64,000 bases of DNA from the NCBI GenBank assembly GCA_963662465.1, contig OY759599.1:320001-384000 (forward strand), read 5' to 3'. The notes under the pieces are model-generated. The model worked only from the letters and a program-made list of their open reading frames with translations, did no database searches and was not told where the DNA came from. The translations under genes were made by a program, and so were the position numbers. This DNA is from Desulfatiglandales bacterium (lineage in GTDB: Bacteria > Desulfobacterota > DSM-4660 > Desulfatiglandales > Desulfatiglandaceae). Below, piece after piece: positions 1 to 10,728 of the stretch (the stretch's first letter is position 1; each line of letters begins with the position of its first letter).

Positions 1-1
1 G

Positions 2-1213
2 GTGGATTATCTGGCGGATGAATTTATGAAGGACCAGGGGATTGATCTTCGAAACGACAAGATGGCGTTGCAGCGGCTGAAAGAAGCGGCTGAGAAAGCC
101 AAAATGGAACTCTCGGGATCTCTTGAAACCAGCGTGAATCTGCCCTTTATTACAGCCGATGCCTCCGGGCCCAAACACCTGGATGTTAAAATTACAAGGG
201 CCAGGCTGGAAGCCCTTGTGGGTGAATTGCTGGACCGTCTGGAAGGGCCTTGCAGAACCGCTTTAAAGGATGCGGGGTTGAGTCAGGGGGATATTGACGA
301 AGTGATTCTGGTGGGTGGCATGACCCGTATGCCGGCGGTTCAGGCGCGTGCCAAATCGGTGTTTGGCAAAGAGCCTAACCGGGGCGTTAATCCCGATGAA
401 GTGGTTGCCTTAGGCGCCGCCATACAGGGCGGGGTCTTGAAAGGGGAGGTCAAGGACGTTTTGTTGCTCGATGTGACGCCTCTTTCACTGGGAATTGAAA
501 CCCTGGGAGGCGTGATGACCCGGCTTATTGATAAGAACACCACCATTCCCACCAAAAAAAGCCAGGTGTTTTCCACCGCCGAGGATAATCAGCCCGCCGT
601 TTCCATCCATGTGCTTCAGGGTGAACGGGAGATGGCCGGCAATAACAAAACCCTGGGCCGGTTTGAGCTGGTAGGCATCGCTCCCGCGCCTCGGGGCATG
701 CCTCAGGTGGAAGTGACCTTTGACATCGATGCCAATGGTATTGTGGAGGTTTCCGCTAAGGACCAGGCCACGGGAAAACAGCAGTCCATTCGCATTACGG
801 CCGCTTCGGGGTTGTCCAGGGAGGAGATCGACAGCCTGGTGCGAGAAGCAGAGGCGCACGGCGAGGAGGACAGGCGGCAGAAAGCCTTGGTGGAAGCTCG
901 GAACGGCGCTGATGCCCTGATTTACCAGACGGAAAAATCTCTCTCGGAGTTGGGAGAGCAGGTGCCGTCGGATGTCAGAGGTGAGATCGAGGGCGCCGTG
1001 TCTCAACTCAAGGGCACTCTCAAGGGGGACAACACGGATGAGATTACCCGCTCGGTCGAGGCGTTAAACCAGGCTGCCCAAAAAATGGCGGCCATGCAGC
1101 AGCAGGAGCCCGCGGGCTGCCAGGGGGGGAGCTGTGGTTCCCAGGGAGGCTGTGGCGACTCAGGCTGCCCGGACGATGATGTGGTTGATGCGGAATTCCG
1201 AAATGCAGCGTAA
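2..1213 (+). CDS. dnaK: Hsp70 chaperone DnaK, 5'-truncated by the window edge
   Basis: [60 protein letters not shown] and C-terminal DVVDAEF. Confidence 0.97.
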   Translation: MDYLADEFMKDQGIDLRNDKMALQRLKEAAEKAKMELSGSLETSVNLPFITADASGPKHLDVKITRARLEALVGELLDRLEGPCRTALKDAGLSQGDIDEVILVGGMTRMPAVQARAKSVFGKEPNRGVNPDEVVALGAAIQGGVLKGEVKDVLLLDVTPLSLGIETLGGVMTRLIDKNTTIPTKKSQVFSTAEDNQPAVSIHVLQGEREMAGNNKTLGRFELVGIAPAPRGMPQVEVTFDIDANGIVEVSAKDQATGKQQSIRITAASGLSREEIDSLVREAEAHGEEDRRQKALVEARNGADALIYQTEKSLSELGEQVPSDVRGEIEGAVSQLKGTLKGDNTDEITRSVEALNQAAQKMAAMQQQEPAGCQGGSCGSQGGCGDSGCPDDDVVDAEFRNAA

Positions 1214-1259
1214 ATCCTTTCCGGTTTAGAAAACAATTGGTTTAGAAAACAACGGGGGG

Positions 1260-1291
1260 GGCGGTGATTCCATAATCACCGCCTTTTTTTT
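1260..1291 (+). terminator. Rho-independent terminator after dnaK
   Basis: GGCGGTGATT-ccat-AATCACCGCC followed by a T run. Confidence 0.85.
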
Positions 1292-1297
1292 GATCCC

Positions 1298-2440
1298 CTA
1301 TTCGATTACATCGGTTTTAAAAAACGTCCGGATCTCCGAATCCGAATATCCGAGCTCCAATAGCATCTCTTCAGTGTCGGCGCCTTTCGGTCCCTTGGCC
1401 TTATGGGCTTCTCCGGGGGTTCGGGATAGCCTGGGCGCGGGGGCGGGCTGGGGTACGCCGTCTATGTCGATGATGATGCCCCGTTCTTTATTGTGGGGAT
1501 GTTCCGCTACCTCGTCCAGGTTCAAGACCGGGGCCACGCAGGCGTCTTTTCCCTTAAAAACGGTGGTCCATTGGTCTCTGGTTCTGGTTTTAAAGACTTC
1601 GGCAAAACGTTCTATCATTTCCGGCCACCGGGTCGTATCATATTGGTGGGGCAGAGATGCGGGGTCCAGTTCAAGACCTGCGAGCAGCTCAGCGTAAAAT
1701 CGTTGCTCTATGGGGCCTACGGCCATGAATTGTCCGTCGGCGGTTTCGTAGGTCTGGTAGAAGGGAGCGCCGCCGTCCAGGGAGTTGGTTCCGATATCCA
1801 GCGTCATGAGGTTGTGCGACAGCATGCCGTGGAACATGGCGGTGAGATTGGCGGCGCCGTCAACCATGGCGGCATCGATCACCTGTCCCTTGCCGGAGCG
1901 GTTACGTTCCACCAGGGCCAGCAATATGCCCATGGCGCAGAACAGCGCGCCGCCGGCGAAATCACCCACCAGGTTGACGGGGGGGAGAGGCCTCTCCCCT
2001 TTTCTTCGGATTAGGGAAAGGGCGCCTGAAAGGGCAACATAGTTGATGTCATGCCCTGCCATGGAAGCAAAGGCGCCCGTTTGCCCCCAGCCGGTGAGTC
2101 GGGCGTAGATCAGTTTGGGATTGCGTTTCAGAGCGTCTTCAGGGCCCAGCCCCAGGGCCTCCATCACACCGGGACGATAGGGTTCCAGCAGGACGTCTGA
2201 CGTTTGCATCATCCGCTTCACAATTTCAATGCCGTCTTCCGATTTAAGGTTTACCCGCATGGATCTCTTGCCCCGGTCAAAGGGGCTTTTTTTCATGATG
2301 TAGGGGATCTCGGGTGCGCCTTTGGTCAACCGGTCCACAATGACCACATCCGCCCCGAAATCCGACAACAACATGCCGCAGTAGGGCGACGGGGCCAGGC
2401 CCGCCATTTCAATGACCTTGATGCCGTCTAAGGGTCTCAT
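1298..2440 (-). CDS. CaiB/BaiF family class III CoA-transferase (alpha-methylacyl-CoA racemase-like)
   Basis: PLDGIKVIEMAGLAP, RGKRS, EPYRPGVMEALGLG, GHDINY, GDFAGG; start taken at ATG 2440. Confidence 0.92.
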   Translation of the reverse strand: MRPLDGIKVIEMAGLAPSPYCGMLLSDFGADVVIVDRLTKGAPEIPYIMKKSPFDRGKRSMRVNLKSEDGIEIVKRMMQTSDVLLEPYRPGVMEALGLGPEDALKRNPKLIYARLTGWGQTGAFASMAGHDINYVALSGALSLIRRKGERPLPPVNLVGDFAGGALFCAMGILLALVERNRSGKGQVIDAAMVDGAANLTAMFHGMLSHNLMTLDIGTNSLDGGAPFYQTYETADGQFMAVGPIEQRFYAELLAGLELDPASLPHQYDTTRWPEMIERFAEVFKTRTRDQWTTVFKGKDACVAPVLNLDEVAEHPHNKERGIIIDIDGVPQPAPAPRLSRTPGEAHKAKGPKGADTEEMLLELGYSDSEIRTFFKTDVIE

Positions 2441-2680
2441 ATTCTTTCCTTCACAAAAAAAACAGGGTTTAGCAACCTTGTTGGGTGAACAACGCAAATC
2501 ATACGGCACATATGAGAATACTGTCAAGGAAAGTGCGTCCACGGAATTTCAAGAGAATATGACGGTCAGGGTTGTAATACGGAAAAACTGAATTAGGTTA
2601 TCCGCTTACCTTGCTGAATCGCGGCGGGGTGTTCTTTTCATAATCGTACAACGTCTGAAAAAGACCCAGGAGATAAAAAA

Positions 2681-3244
2681 ATGACGGACATTTCAGAGAT
2701 CACACTGTACAGCGGCGGCCACAAGGGGACTGAGGCTGAGTTCGGCAAACTTGCCGAGGCCTGGCACATGAAAGAGGTGAATATATCATTTGAAGGGCAC
2801 AATTCCGAGCGTACCCGGGGCGTTTTGATACTGACCCGGGAAGAGCTGCAAAAGGGCGATATCAGCATGGAAATTGTTTCCAAGCTGATGAAACGCAATT
2901 ATTCTCGGACGGATAAAATTCGGAAAATTATACAGTCCCTTTTTCACATGGTCAATAGCGGCTATCACGTTGTTGCGGTCGGGTGGATACAGGAGGACAA
3001 TACCGTCAAGGGGGGAACCGGTTGGGGGGTGGAATTGGCAAAGCTATTCAACCGACCCCTGAGCGTCTATGATCAGGAGCGGAAGGGATGGTTTTCCTGG
3101 GAGAACAACCAATGGGTTGAGAACACGCCCGTGATTGCTTCGGATACGTTCGCCGGCACCGGAACCCGCAACCTTTCCGATGATGGCCGTCAGGCCCTCC
3201 GCGATCTTTTTGTCCGCTCTTTCGGTCCTGAGGCGCAAAAATAA
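2681..3244 (+). CDS. Conserved hypothetical protein, possibly SLOG/MoCo-carrier-like fold
   Basis: RBS AGGAG upstream; SGGxxG, GGTGWGV and FAGTGTR motifs resemble SLOG-family nucleotide-binding proteins (inference). Confidence 0.7.
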   Translation: MTDISEITLYSGGHKGTEAEFGKLAEAWHMKEVNISFEGHNSERTRGVLILTREELQKGDISMEIVSKLMKRNYSRTDKIRKIIQSLFHMVNSGYHVVAVGWIQEDNTVKGGTGWGVELAKLFNRPLSVYDQERKGWFSWENNQWVENTPVIASDTFAGTGTRNLSDDGRQALRDLFVRSFGPEAQK

Positions 3245-3332
3245 TGCCGACTGGGGGATACCGCCGTCCGCCGGCGACTGCCGGCGGTTTGTGTTGACCA
3301 GCCCCGGCGGTGTATGCATGTACGGGGAGGAC

Positions 3333-4502
3333 TTATTCAGAGGGCAGCGTTTCCAGCGGTTGGGTCAACAGAAACTCCCCCTTTTCCACCCATCCTTTGA
3401 GAATATTGGCAATTTCCAAAGCCCTCTTATGGCTGGAGATGGGAACAGAGGGTACTTCCCGTCCGTTAACGTGAATGATGCCGCTTTTCAGATCCGCGTA
3501 GCTGACCTGGGCCAGGCTTTTGCCTTCTCCCTTGGGATAATCGTTGCCGTAATCAATGACCTGCGTATAAATATCTTCATCTGAAACGCCCGTGAATTGG
3601 GCCATTTCCGCATCCAGAATGGGGATGGGGATTCCCAGACCCACGGCAAGGGAACAGCCGTACCCCAGCATGCTGACCCCCACAACCCATCGGGGATCCA
3701 TTTCTTTCATGTTGCCGTTCACCATGAGGGTGCCGGCAGGCGTTAACGGCGTGCCGTTTTCGTGCCGTTTGGCATTGGGGTTGTGCTGGGTTCCCGGCGC
3801 AATGACATGCCCCTGAGCGCCGCCCAGGAAAATACGGGTCCCCAGACCGATGGTGCGGTAATAGGGATCATTAAAAAGAGGACTGAGTTCGCCGGCCGTG
3901 GCATAATTGGCATTGCCGCCGTTGGGCTTTAAAATTCCCATATAGGTGTAGATAGTTTTTTGGGTCAGGTTAATGGCGCAGTTGTAGTTTTGATAAGCGT
4001 TCCGAGGGTTGAGCATCATGGCGTAGGGGAGTTCCGAAAGGGTCACTTTTTTCTTCATCTGGGTCTTGGGGTAGCAATCGGTGCCATAGCCGGTGGCGCG
4101 CAGCTCAACTTTTTTGCCCGCTATCAGATCATGGAGTACGTGGCCGCCCCCATATTTGAATTGCCCGGGGTGAACGCCGTTCAAGGGGTCATCTTCCCTG
4201 GGTTCCGTGGCCCCGATATAACAATCCACCGCTGCCACGCCCCCATAAGCGGGGACGTCGTTTACCCAGGTGCGAGAGGCTCTGATGCCGGGCTTGGTGT
4301 GCCCGAAATTAATAAAGGCGCCGGAAGAACACATGGGAGAAAAGGTTCCCGTGGTGACCACATCCACTTCCCGGGCCGCTTTTTCAGCGCCGTTTTTTTT
4401 GACAATGCCGACCATTTCATCGGCTGTGACCACAACGACTTTTCCTTCTTTAATCTTTCGGTTGATATCCTCAATGGTTTTGGAAACCTTTTTTTGTGTC
4501 AT
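3333..4502 (-). CDS. Homocysteine biosynthesis protein (DUF39, aspartate-semialdehyde sulfurtransferase-like)
   Basis: VDVVTTGTFSPMCSSG, YGGGHV, GTDCYP, NPRNAYQNY, PLFNDP motifs. Confidence 0.88.
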   Translation of the reverse strand: MTQKKVSKTIEDINRKIKEGKVVVVTADEMVGIVKKNGAEKAAREVDVVTTGTFSPMCSSGAFINFGHTKPGIRASRTWVNDVPAYGGVAAVDCYIGATEPREDDPLNGVHPGQFKYGGGHVLHDLIAGKKVELRATGYGTDCYPKTQMKKKVTLSELPYAMMLNPRNAYQNYNCAINLTQKTIYTYMGILKPNGGNANYATAGELSPLFNDPYYRTIGLGTRIFLGGAQGHVIAPGTQHNPNAKRHENGTPLTPAGTLMVNGNMKEMDPRWVVGVSMLGYGCSLAVGLGIPIPILDAEMAQFTGVSDEDIYTQVIDYGNDYPKGEGKSLAQVSYADLKSGIIHVNGREVPSVPISSHKRALEIANILKGWVEKGEFLLTQPLETLPSE

Positions 4503-4743
4503 TGGTAATTGACCTCCCCTGGAAATAAGCAGTCACGCGAAGGCTCACGCCTTGGTAGTAGACTGGAAAAGACAAGAAGGCGCATGATAAGGCTTATTGC
4601 CTTGCATGACAAGAAAAAGTTGTTTTGTTGTTTGGGGGCCTTGGTTTCTTGACTTTCCCAAAGCCTTGCTATAACAATGTCGTCATAAGGTTTTTAGAGA
4701 ACCGTATTTTTGATAACCACTTTTCAGGCTTGTTATTGCCATA

Positions 4744-5568
4744 ATGGGAAAAAATATTAATATAGGAAATCTAACCATCGGCGCAAACGGTCCGTTTTTT
4801 CTGATTGCGGGACCCTGTGTCATTGAAAACGAAGCCGCCACATTGGAAATCGCGGGCTATTTGAAAGCGTTGAGCGAAGACCTCCAACTGCCCATCATTT
4901 TCAAGGCCTCTTACGACAAGGCCAACCGGACTTCCCTGGATTCCTATCGCGGTCCCGGTTTGGAAAAGGGCCTTGATATTCTGCGAAAGGTTAAAACACA
5001 AATCGGGTTGCCGGTTCTGTCGGATGTCCATCGCATCAGCGAGGTGGTGGAAGCGGCCCGGGTTCTGGATGTCATCCAGATCCCCGCCTTTTTATGCCGT
5101 CAGACCGATTTGATCGTGCATGCCTCCCAGTTCGGAATTCCCGTGAACATTAAAAAAGGGCAGTTCATGTCTCCTCTCGAGATGGGGCCGGTCACGGAGA
5201 AAGTGATCGCCGCCGGAAACCGAAACATCTTGATTACGGAGCGGGGAACCTCATTCGGCTACAACAATCTCGTGGTTGATATGAGATCCCTGTCCATTAT
5301 GGAAGCTTTTGGTTTTCCGATTGTCTTTGATGCCACCCACAGTGTGCAGTTGCCGGGCGGCGCGGGAAACTGTTCCGGAGGGCAACGGGAGTTTGTGGCA
5401 TGTCTTTCCAAGGCGGCTGTAGCGGCGGGTGCAAACGGTGTCTTTATGGAAGTGCATCCTGATCCGGATTGCGCGTTGTGTGATGGCCCCAATTCATTGC
5501 CGCTTACAGCGGTAAAACCTCTGGTGGAAATGCTCAAGCGTCTCCATGGTCTGGTTCGGTCGGTGTGA
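4744..5568 (+). CDS. kdsA: KDO-8-phosphate synthase
   Basis: IAGPCVIE, KASYDKANRTS, QIPAFLCRQTDL, DATHSVQLPG, CDGPN. Confidence 0.97.
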   Translation: MGKNINIGNLTIGANGPFFLIAGPCVIENEAATLEIAGYLKALSEDLQLPIIFKASYDKANRTSLDSYRGPGLEKGLDILRKVKTQIGLPVLSDVHRISEVVEAARVLDVIQIPAFLCRQTDLIVHASQFGIPVNIKKGQFMSPLEMGPVTEKVIAAGNRNILITERGTSFGYNNLVVDMRSLSIMEAFGFPIVFDATHSVQLPGGAGNCSGGQREFVACLSKAAVAAGANGVFMEVHPDPDCALCDGPNSLPLTAVKPLVEMLKRLHGLVRSV

Positions 5569-5574
5569 ACGCAT

Positions 5575-6096
5575 ATGGAAGATAAGGCTGCCTGCATAAA
5601 ATTGCTTTTCCTGGATGTTGACGGGGTCCTGACGGACGGCGGCATCACCTTGAATGAAAATGGAGAAGAGCTTAAGACCTTTGATGTCAAAGACGGTTTC
5701 GGATTGAAACTGCTTATGAGGGATGGGGTAGAAGTGGTGATTGTTACCGGCCGCCGGTCTCGGGTGGTTGCCCATCGCGCCGGGGAATTGGGAATCCGCG
5801 AGGTTTATCAAGGGGTTTCCGATAAAGGGGCTCTGTGTAGGCGCTTGATTGCCGAGAAGGGGCTCCAGAAGTTGGAGGTAGGCGCCGTGGGGGATGATCT
5901 GCCGGATCTGGCCATGTTTCGGGAATCCGGTTTTTGCATCACCGTGGCGGATGCCGCCGGGGAAGTTCGAGAACAGGCGGATTTCATCACAAAAAAAAGA
6001 GGGGGTCAAGGCGCTGTAAGGGAGATCTCCGAGTGGATATTAAAGTGCCGCGGACAGTGGCCTAGAATTGCCTTTACAGAACAAAGCAGGGGTTGA
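5575..6096 (+). CDS. kdsC: KDO-8-phosphate phosphatase (HAD family)
   Basis: LDVDGVLTDG, FDVKDG, GDDLPD, GGQGAVREI. Confidence 0.95.
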   Translation: MEDKAACIKLLFLDVDGVLTDGGITLNENGEELKTFDVKDGFGLKLLMRDGVEVVIVTGRRSRVVAHRAGELGIREVYQGVSDKGALCRRLIAEKGLQKLEVGAVGDDLPDLAMFRESGFCITVADAAGEVREQADFITKKRGGQGAVREISEWILKCRGQWPRIAFTEQSRG

Positions 6097-6115
6097 TATA
6101 CTGCAAAAAGGTTCC

Positions 6116-6700
6116 ATGAGACGTTTTGTAAAAAGACATTGGCCTCTTTTGGGCGTCGGCGTTCTGCTTCTGGTGGTGGCCTTCTATTTCGCAAAAGCCG
6201 GTAAAGATTTTTTTAAAACCACCGCGTTTTTGAAGGACGTTATCTCGGGTGAAGGCGTTAAACTGAAGGATATCCATTACCGCCAGGATGATCCGGATGA
6301 AAAAATCAAATGGGTTCTGGATGCCAAGGAGGTCCGTTTTTCCGAAGACCGGAAGACCATTCGGTTTTTTGATTTCTATCTTGAAGTGAAAACCGAAGGA
6401 CAGCCGGCGTTTTCTCTGCGCGGTAAGAAAGGCATTTATCTTAAGGATAGTGGGAAAATTGAGCTTTGGGGCAACCTGGATGGTTTGTACGGGAAACAAT
6501 ATCGGTTTCTTACGGAGTATGTCGTGATTAACGAAAAGGACGGGATTGTGAGCAATGAAGAACCGCTGGAGATATTCGGCCCATTTTTTACGGTCAAGGG
6601 AACAGGGCTTTTTGCTGACCTGGCGGAGAAAAGGATCAAGGTTCTGTCAAACGTTGTGACAACCCTTAACCGGGAGGGGGAGGCATCGGTGCTGCAATGA
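6116..6700 (+). CDS. lptC: LPS export protein LptC
   Basis: N-terminal TM helix, KWVLDAKE, beta-rich remainder; lies between kdsC and lptA. Confidence 0.8.
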   Translation: MRRFVKRHWPLLGVGVLLLVVAFYFAKAGKDFFKTTAFLKDVISGEGVKLKDIHYRQDDPDEKIKWVLDAKEVRFSEDRKTIRFFDFYLEVKTEGQPAFSLRGKKGIYLKDSGKIELWGNLDGLYGKQYRFLTEYVVINEKDGIVSNEEPLEIFGPFFTVKGTGLFADLAEKRIKVLSNVVTTLNREGEASVLQ

Positions 6701-7251
6701 AACGGCATGCAACTTATCTGGGGTATGGCTTGATGGGGCTCTTTTGGCTCCTGACCTTTTCTGTTCCCGCGATGGCGGCTGATCCTCAGAAGAAGGTTGA
6801 AAAAAAGGGCCAGGGGCCAATGGTGATCAACTCCAGGACCCTGGAAGCCGATGACAAAAAAAAGAGGGTGACCTTCTCGGGCGATGTGGAAGCCAAACGA
6901 GATGATTTTACGGTATTCTGTCAAAATCTGGTGGTGCTTTATGTGAAATCCGACGAGCAAAAAGGCGCAGAGGGGGTTTCGGCTCGTATCGATAAAATTG
7001 TTGCCACGGGCGCCGTCAGGATCGTTCGTGCCGAGGGGGGGGTGGCGACCGGAGAAAAGGCTGTTTATTATCAACAGGATGAAAAACTGGTACTCACGGG
7101 AAAGCCGGTTGTGAAGCAGGGAGAAGATTTTGTTGAAGGGGATGTGATTACCCTTTTCCTGAAAGAGGATCGGAGCATCGTGGAGAGCGACAAGGATAAA
7201 AAGGTCCGGGCCGTCATCTTTCCAAAACAGGAGAAGGGTCAAAAGCCTTGA
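6697..7251 (+). CDS. lptA: LPS transport periplasmic protein LptA
   Basis: Signal peptide; OstA-like TFSGDV, ATGAVRI, LVLTGKP, VEGDVI. Confidence 0.9.
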   Translation: MKRHATYLGYGLMGLFWLLTFSVPAMAADPQKKVEKKGQGPMVINSRTLEADDKKKRVTFSGDVEAKRDDFTVFCQNLVVLYVKSDEQKGAEGVSARIDKIVATGAVRIVRAEGGVATGEKAVYYQQDEKLVLTGKPVVKQGEDFVEGDVITLFLKEDRSIVESDKDKKVRAVIFPKQEKGQKP

Positions 7252-7982
7252 AGACGGCGTCCCAAATGCTCCAGGCCGAGGGCCTTGTCAAGGCCTATGG
7301 TGGTAAACGGGTCGTGGATCGTGTCAATGTGACGGTCAAGCGGCAGGAGATTGTGGGTCTTCTGGGACCCAACGGGGCGGGAAAAACAACCACTTTTTAC
7401 ATGGTGGTGGGGCTTACGCGGCCGGACGAGGGCCGGATTTTCCTGGACGGCATGGACATTACACAAGATCCCATGTTTAAAAGGGCCAGGAAGGGTGTCA
7501 GCTATTTGGCGCAAGAGCCATCGGTATTCCGGAAACTGACTGTTGAGCAGAATCTTCTTGCCATCCTCGAAATGCTCCATCTGCCTGTACAGGAAAGAAA
7601 AGAACGACTGAAAAGAGGCCTCAGGGAGTTGACGATTGACCACCTGGCTAAACAGAAAGCGATGTCCCTTTCAGGTGGGGAGCGGCGAAGGCTTGAAATA
7701 TCCAGAGCCCTGGTGACTGAACCCAGGTTCATGCTTTTGGACGAACCCTTTGCCGGCATTGATCCTTTGGCCATTAATGATATTCAACAGATTATCCGTC
7801 AGCTGAAAAAACGGGGTTTGGGCGTTATCATTTCAGATCATAATGTACGTGAAACATTGAATGTTTGCGATAAGGCCTATATCATCAATCAGGGACGGAT
7901 CATCGAACAGGGCGCCCCGGATGATATCGTCAAAAGTGATCTGGCCCGGAGCGTTTATCTGGGGGAGAATTTCAATCTCTAA
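7248..7982 (+). CDS. lptB: LPS export ABC ATPase LptB
   Basis: GLLGPNGAGKTT, LSGGERRRLEI, LLDEPFAGIDP, DHNVRETL. Confidence 0.97.
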   Translation: MKTASQMLQAEGLVKAYGGKRVVDRVNVTVKRQEIVGLLGPNGAGKTTTFYMVVGLTRPDEGRIFLDGMDITQDPMFKRARKGVSYLAQEPSVFRKLTVEQNLLAILEMLHLPVQERKERLKRGLRELTIDHLAKQKAMSLSGGERRRLEISRALVTEPRFMLLDEPFAGIDPLAINDIQQIIRQLKKRGLGVIISDHNVRETLNVCDKAYIINQGRIIEQGAPDDIVKSDLARSVYLGENFNL

Positions 7983-8013
7983 GTAGTTTCTTTGTGGAAT
8001 TGTTGAATCTATT

Positions 8014-9537
8014 ATGGCGTTAGAACTAAGACAATCTTTAGGCCTCACCCAACAGCTTGTGATGACTCCACAGTTGCAACAGGCCATTAAGCTCTTGCAG
8101 TTGTCGAGGCTTGAACTCCTTGAAACCGTTTCCCAGGAGATGGAGGAAAACCCCATTCTGGAAGAAATGACCCAGGGAGAGATCGATGGGGATGATGGCG
8201 CTGGGGAAAAAAAGGCGGAATCGGCTCAGGAGCTACAGGCATCCCAGGAGAGAAAATCTGAAAATCCTTCAAATGATGATTCCGGGCCGGATCCTGACTC
8301 TGCCTCATTGCCCGAAGTGACCGTGGAAGAACGGGCGCGGGATGATGTGAATTGGGAAAATTATCTCTCGGAGTATAACACCGGGTATTCCGAAGGATTT
8401 TCCGAAGGTCATTATGAAGAAAAAGATGCGCCGTCCTTTGAGAATTTTACGGCCACCAGGACGGATCTTTTCTCACATCTGCTCTGGCAGTTGAACATGA
8501 GCAGTATGGACGATGAACAAAAGGAAATCGGCGCGCATATCATCGGCAACCTGAATGACGACGGCTATTTGGATACCACCCTGGAAGAAATATCCCAGGC
8601 AACGGGCCATACGCTTGATGATGTTGAGGATGTCCTGCAATTCATTCAGAATTTTGATCCCGTGGGCGTAGCGGCGCGGGATACAAAGGAATGCCTGTTA
8701 ATACAGGTCGCATTTCAGAACCTTGAGGGGACTTTGGCTGAGAAGCTCATCAGGGATTACCTCAAGGATTTGGAGGCGAAACGCTACCACCTTATTGCGG
8801 ATCAACTGAGCGTTTCCATCCAGGATATCCTGGTGGCGGTTTCGGCTATTCAAGCGCTGGATCCCAAACCTGGGCGGGTTTATGCGGCTGAGGAAACCAT
8901 CTATGTGACCCCCGACATTTACGTGGCGAAAGTGGGGGACGGTTACGAAATTATTCAAAATGAAGATGGGTTGCCGAAATTAAGAATCAATGCTTACTAC
9001 AAACGTATTTTGAAGAACAAAGGCCAGGTATCCGATGAAACGAAGGCATACATCCAGGAAAAAATGCGCTCCGCTGCATGGTTGATCAAAAGCATTCATC
9101 AGCGTCAAAGGACGCTATATCGGGTTACTGAGAGTATTGTGCGGTTTCAGGGGGAATTCCTTGACAAGGGCATTGCGTATTTGAAACCGCTGGTGCTGAG
9201 GGATGTGGCTGAAGACATCGAAATGCACGAGTCGACGGTCAGCCGGGTCACCACGAACAAGTATGTGCATACACCCCAGGGGCTTTATGAGCTGAAATTT
9301 TTCTTTAACAGTTCCATCAACAGGGTCAATGGGGATGCGCTGGCATCGGAAAGCGTCAAGGAACAAATCCGGAAGCTTATCAAAGCGGAAGACAAAACCA
9401 AGCCTATTAGCGACAAGGGCATTGAAAAGATGATGCGGGACCTTAACATAAGGGTTGCGCGTCGAACTGTGGCTAAATATCGGGAAGCCATGGGAATCCT
9501 GCCATCCAGAAAGAGAAAGGAAATTCAAATAACCTGA
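8014..9537 (+). CDS. rpoN: RNA polymerase sigma-54 factor
   Basis: MTPQLQQAIKLLQL, HESTVSRVT, RpoN box ARRTVAKYRE. Confidence 0.98.
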   Translation: MALELRQSLGLTQQLVMTPQLQQAIKLLQLSRLELLETVSQEMEENPILEEMTQGEIDGDDGAGEKKAESAQELQASQERKSENPSNDDSGPDPDSASLPEVTVEERARDDVNWENYLSEYNTGYSEGFSEGHYEEKDAPSFENFTATRTDLFSHLLWQLNMSSMDDEQKEIGAHIIGNLNDDGYLDTTLEEISQATGHTLDDVEDVLQFIQNFDPVGVAARDTKECLLIQVAFQNLEGTLAEKLIRDYLKDLEAKRYHLIADQLSVSIQDILVAVSAIQALDPKPGRVYAAEETIYVTPDIYVAKVGDGYEIIQNEDGLPKLRINAYYKRILKNKGQVSDETKAYIQEKMRSAAWLIKSIHQRQRTLYRVTESIVRFQGEFLDKGIAYLKPLVLRDVAEDIEMHESTVSRVTTNKYVHTPQGLYELKFFFNSSINRVNGDALASESVKEQIRKLIKAEDKTKPISDKGIEKMMRDLNIRVARRTVAKYREAMGILPSRKRKEIQIT

Positions 9538-9625
9538 GCGAGGAGAGTAGCGCCATTTGTCAATAGAATGGTTTTTCTGAAAAGGGTGTTTATATTGTTT
9601 ACTCCCAATATCCGGAGGAAATTTC

Positions 9626-10177
9626 ATGGAAATAACGGTAACATTCAGGCATACGGACCCCATAGAGAGTTTGAAGGACTATGCGGAAGAGAAAATTTCA
9701 AAAATAAAGAGATATATCGATGCTCCCTTGGAGGCGCACGTTGTATTAAGCGTAGAGAAATTCAGGCACATTGCCGATGTGACCCTTAGTTTAAATGGCA
9801 CCCGAATCAAGGCGGTTGAAGAAACAGACGATATGTATTCGGCCATCGATCAAGTGATGGACAAGGTCGAAAATCAGGTTAAGAAGCATCTGGGTAAAAT
9901 CAGGAGACATCGCGGAGATGGCGCCAAAGCTGAAGAGGATTCCTTGGTTGCGGCACTGGATGAAGAGATTGAAGACGCGGTTGATATGTTTCAGGGTGAT
10001 TTTTCCATTGAAGTGGAGAAAATGGTTGCAAAGCCCATGGATCCTGAGGAAGCCGCCATGCAACTGGGCCTGCTGCGGCAGGAATTCCTGGTATTTCGAA
10101 ACGCCAAATCGAGAGAAATTAACGTTATCTATAAGAAGGCCGATGGAAACTTCTGTTTGATTGTGCCCGCAGGCTGA
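9626..10177 (+). CDS. hpf: Ribosome hibernation promoting factor (long HPF)
   Basis: DMYSAID, KPMDPEEAAMQL, FLVFRN, NVIY; follows rpoN. Confidence 0.93.
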   Translation: MEITVTFRHTDPIESLKDYAEEKISKIKRYIDAPLEAHVVLSVEKFRHIADVTLSLNGTRIKAVEETDDMYSAIDQVMDKVENQVKKHLGKIRRHRGDGAKAEEDSLVAALDEEIEDAVDMFQGDFSIEVEKMVAKPMDPEEAAMQLGLLRQEFLVFRNAKSREINVIYKKADGNFCLIVPAG

Positions 10178-10217
10178 TGTACTTTTTGGTGAATTGTTCA
10201 ATTTTTTGGTTTATGTA

Positions 10218-10679
10218 ATGAGACTTTCTGAAATTTTAGCTATCGATAACATTATTCCCGAGCTTAAGGCCAAAGACAAGAAGAGTGTTTTAGGAGAGCT
10301 CGCTGAAGTGATCGCCAGATATGACGCTGATATTGATAAAGATGATCTTGTGAAAGTGCTGATTGAACGGGAGCATCTCGGCAGTACGGGCATTGGCGAC
10401 GGCGTTGCTATTCCACATGGAAAACTCAGTTCAGTGACGCAGCCGATGGTGTCCTTTGGCAGGAGCAAAAAGGGACTTGATTTTGATTCCATGGACGGAC
10501 AGCCGGCTTTCCTTTTTTTTCTTCTTCTGGCGCCGGAAAATTCTTCCGGCGTTCACCTGCAGGTCTTGACCAAGATTGCGAGAATTTTAAAAAGCAGCAC
10601 TTTTAGGAAAGAATTAATGAACGTGGGTAGTCGAGAGGAAATTTACCAAACCATTATTCAAACGGATGGAGATACCTGA
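10218..10679 (+). CDS. ptsN: PTS IIA-Ntr-like protein
   Basis: REHLGSTGIGDGVAIPH; start taken at ATG 10218. Confidence 0.9.
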   Translation: MRLSEILAIDNIIPELKAKDKKSVLGELAEVIARYDADIDKDDLVKVLIEREHLGSTGIGDGVAIPHGKLSSVTQPMVSFGRSKKGLDFDSMDGQPAFLFFLLLAPENSSGVHLQVLTKIARILKSSTFRKELMNVGSREEIYQTIIQTDGDT

Positions 10680-10728
10680 ACTTCTTTTTGGCATTGAATG
10701 CCTAATGGATGAGGCTTTGACATAACCA

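Noticed and set aside
1223..1252. GGTTTAGAAAACAA repeated twice after dnaK
   Set aside because: Only two copies in a short intergenic region; most simply a slippage duplication.
1290..2431. Plus-strand ORFs opposite the CoA-transferase, and similar antisense ORFs elsewhere (e.g. 24377-25087, 41557-42150, 57078-57893)
   Set aside because: Shadow frames of well-supported genes, with no recognisable motifs.
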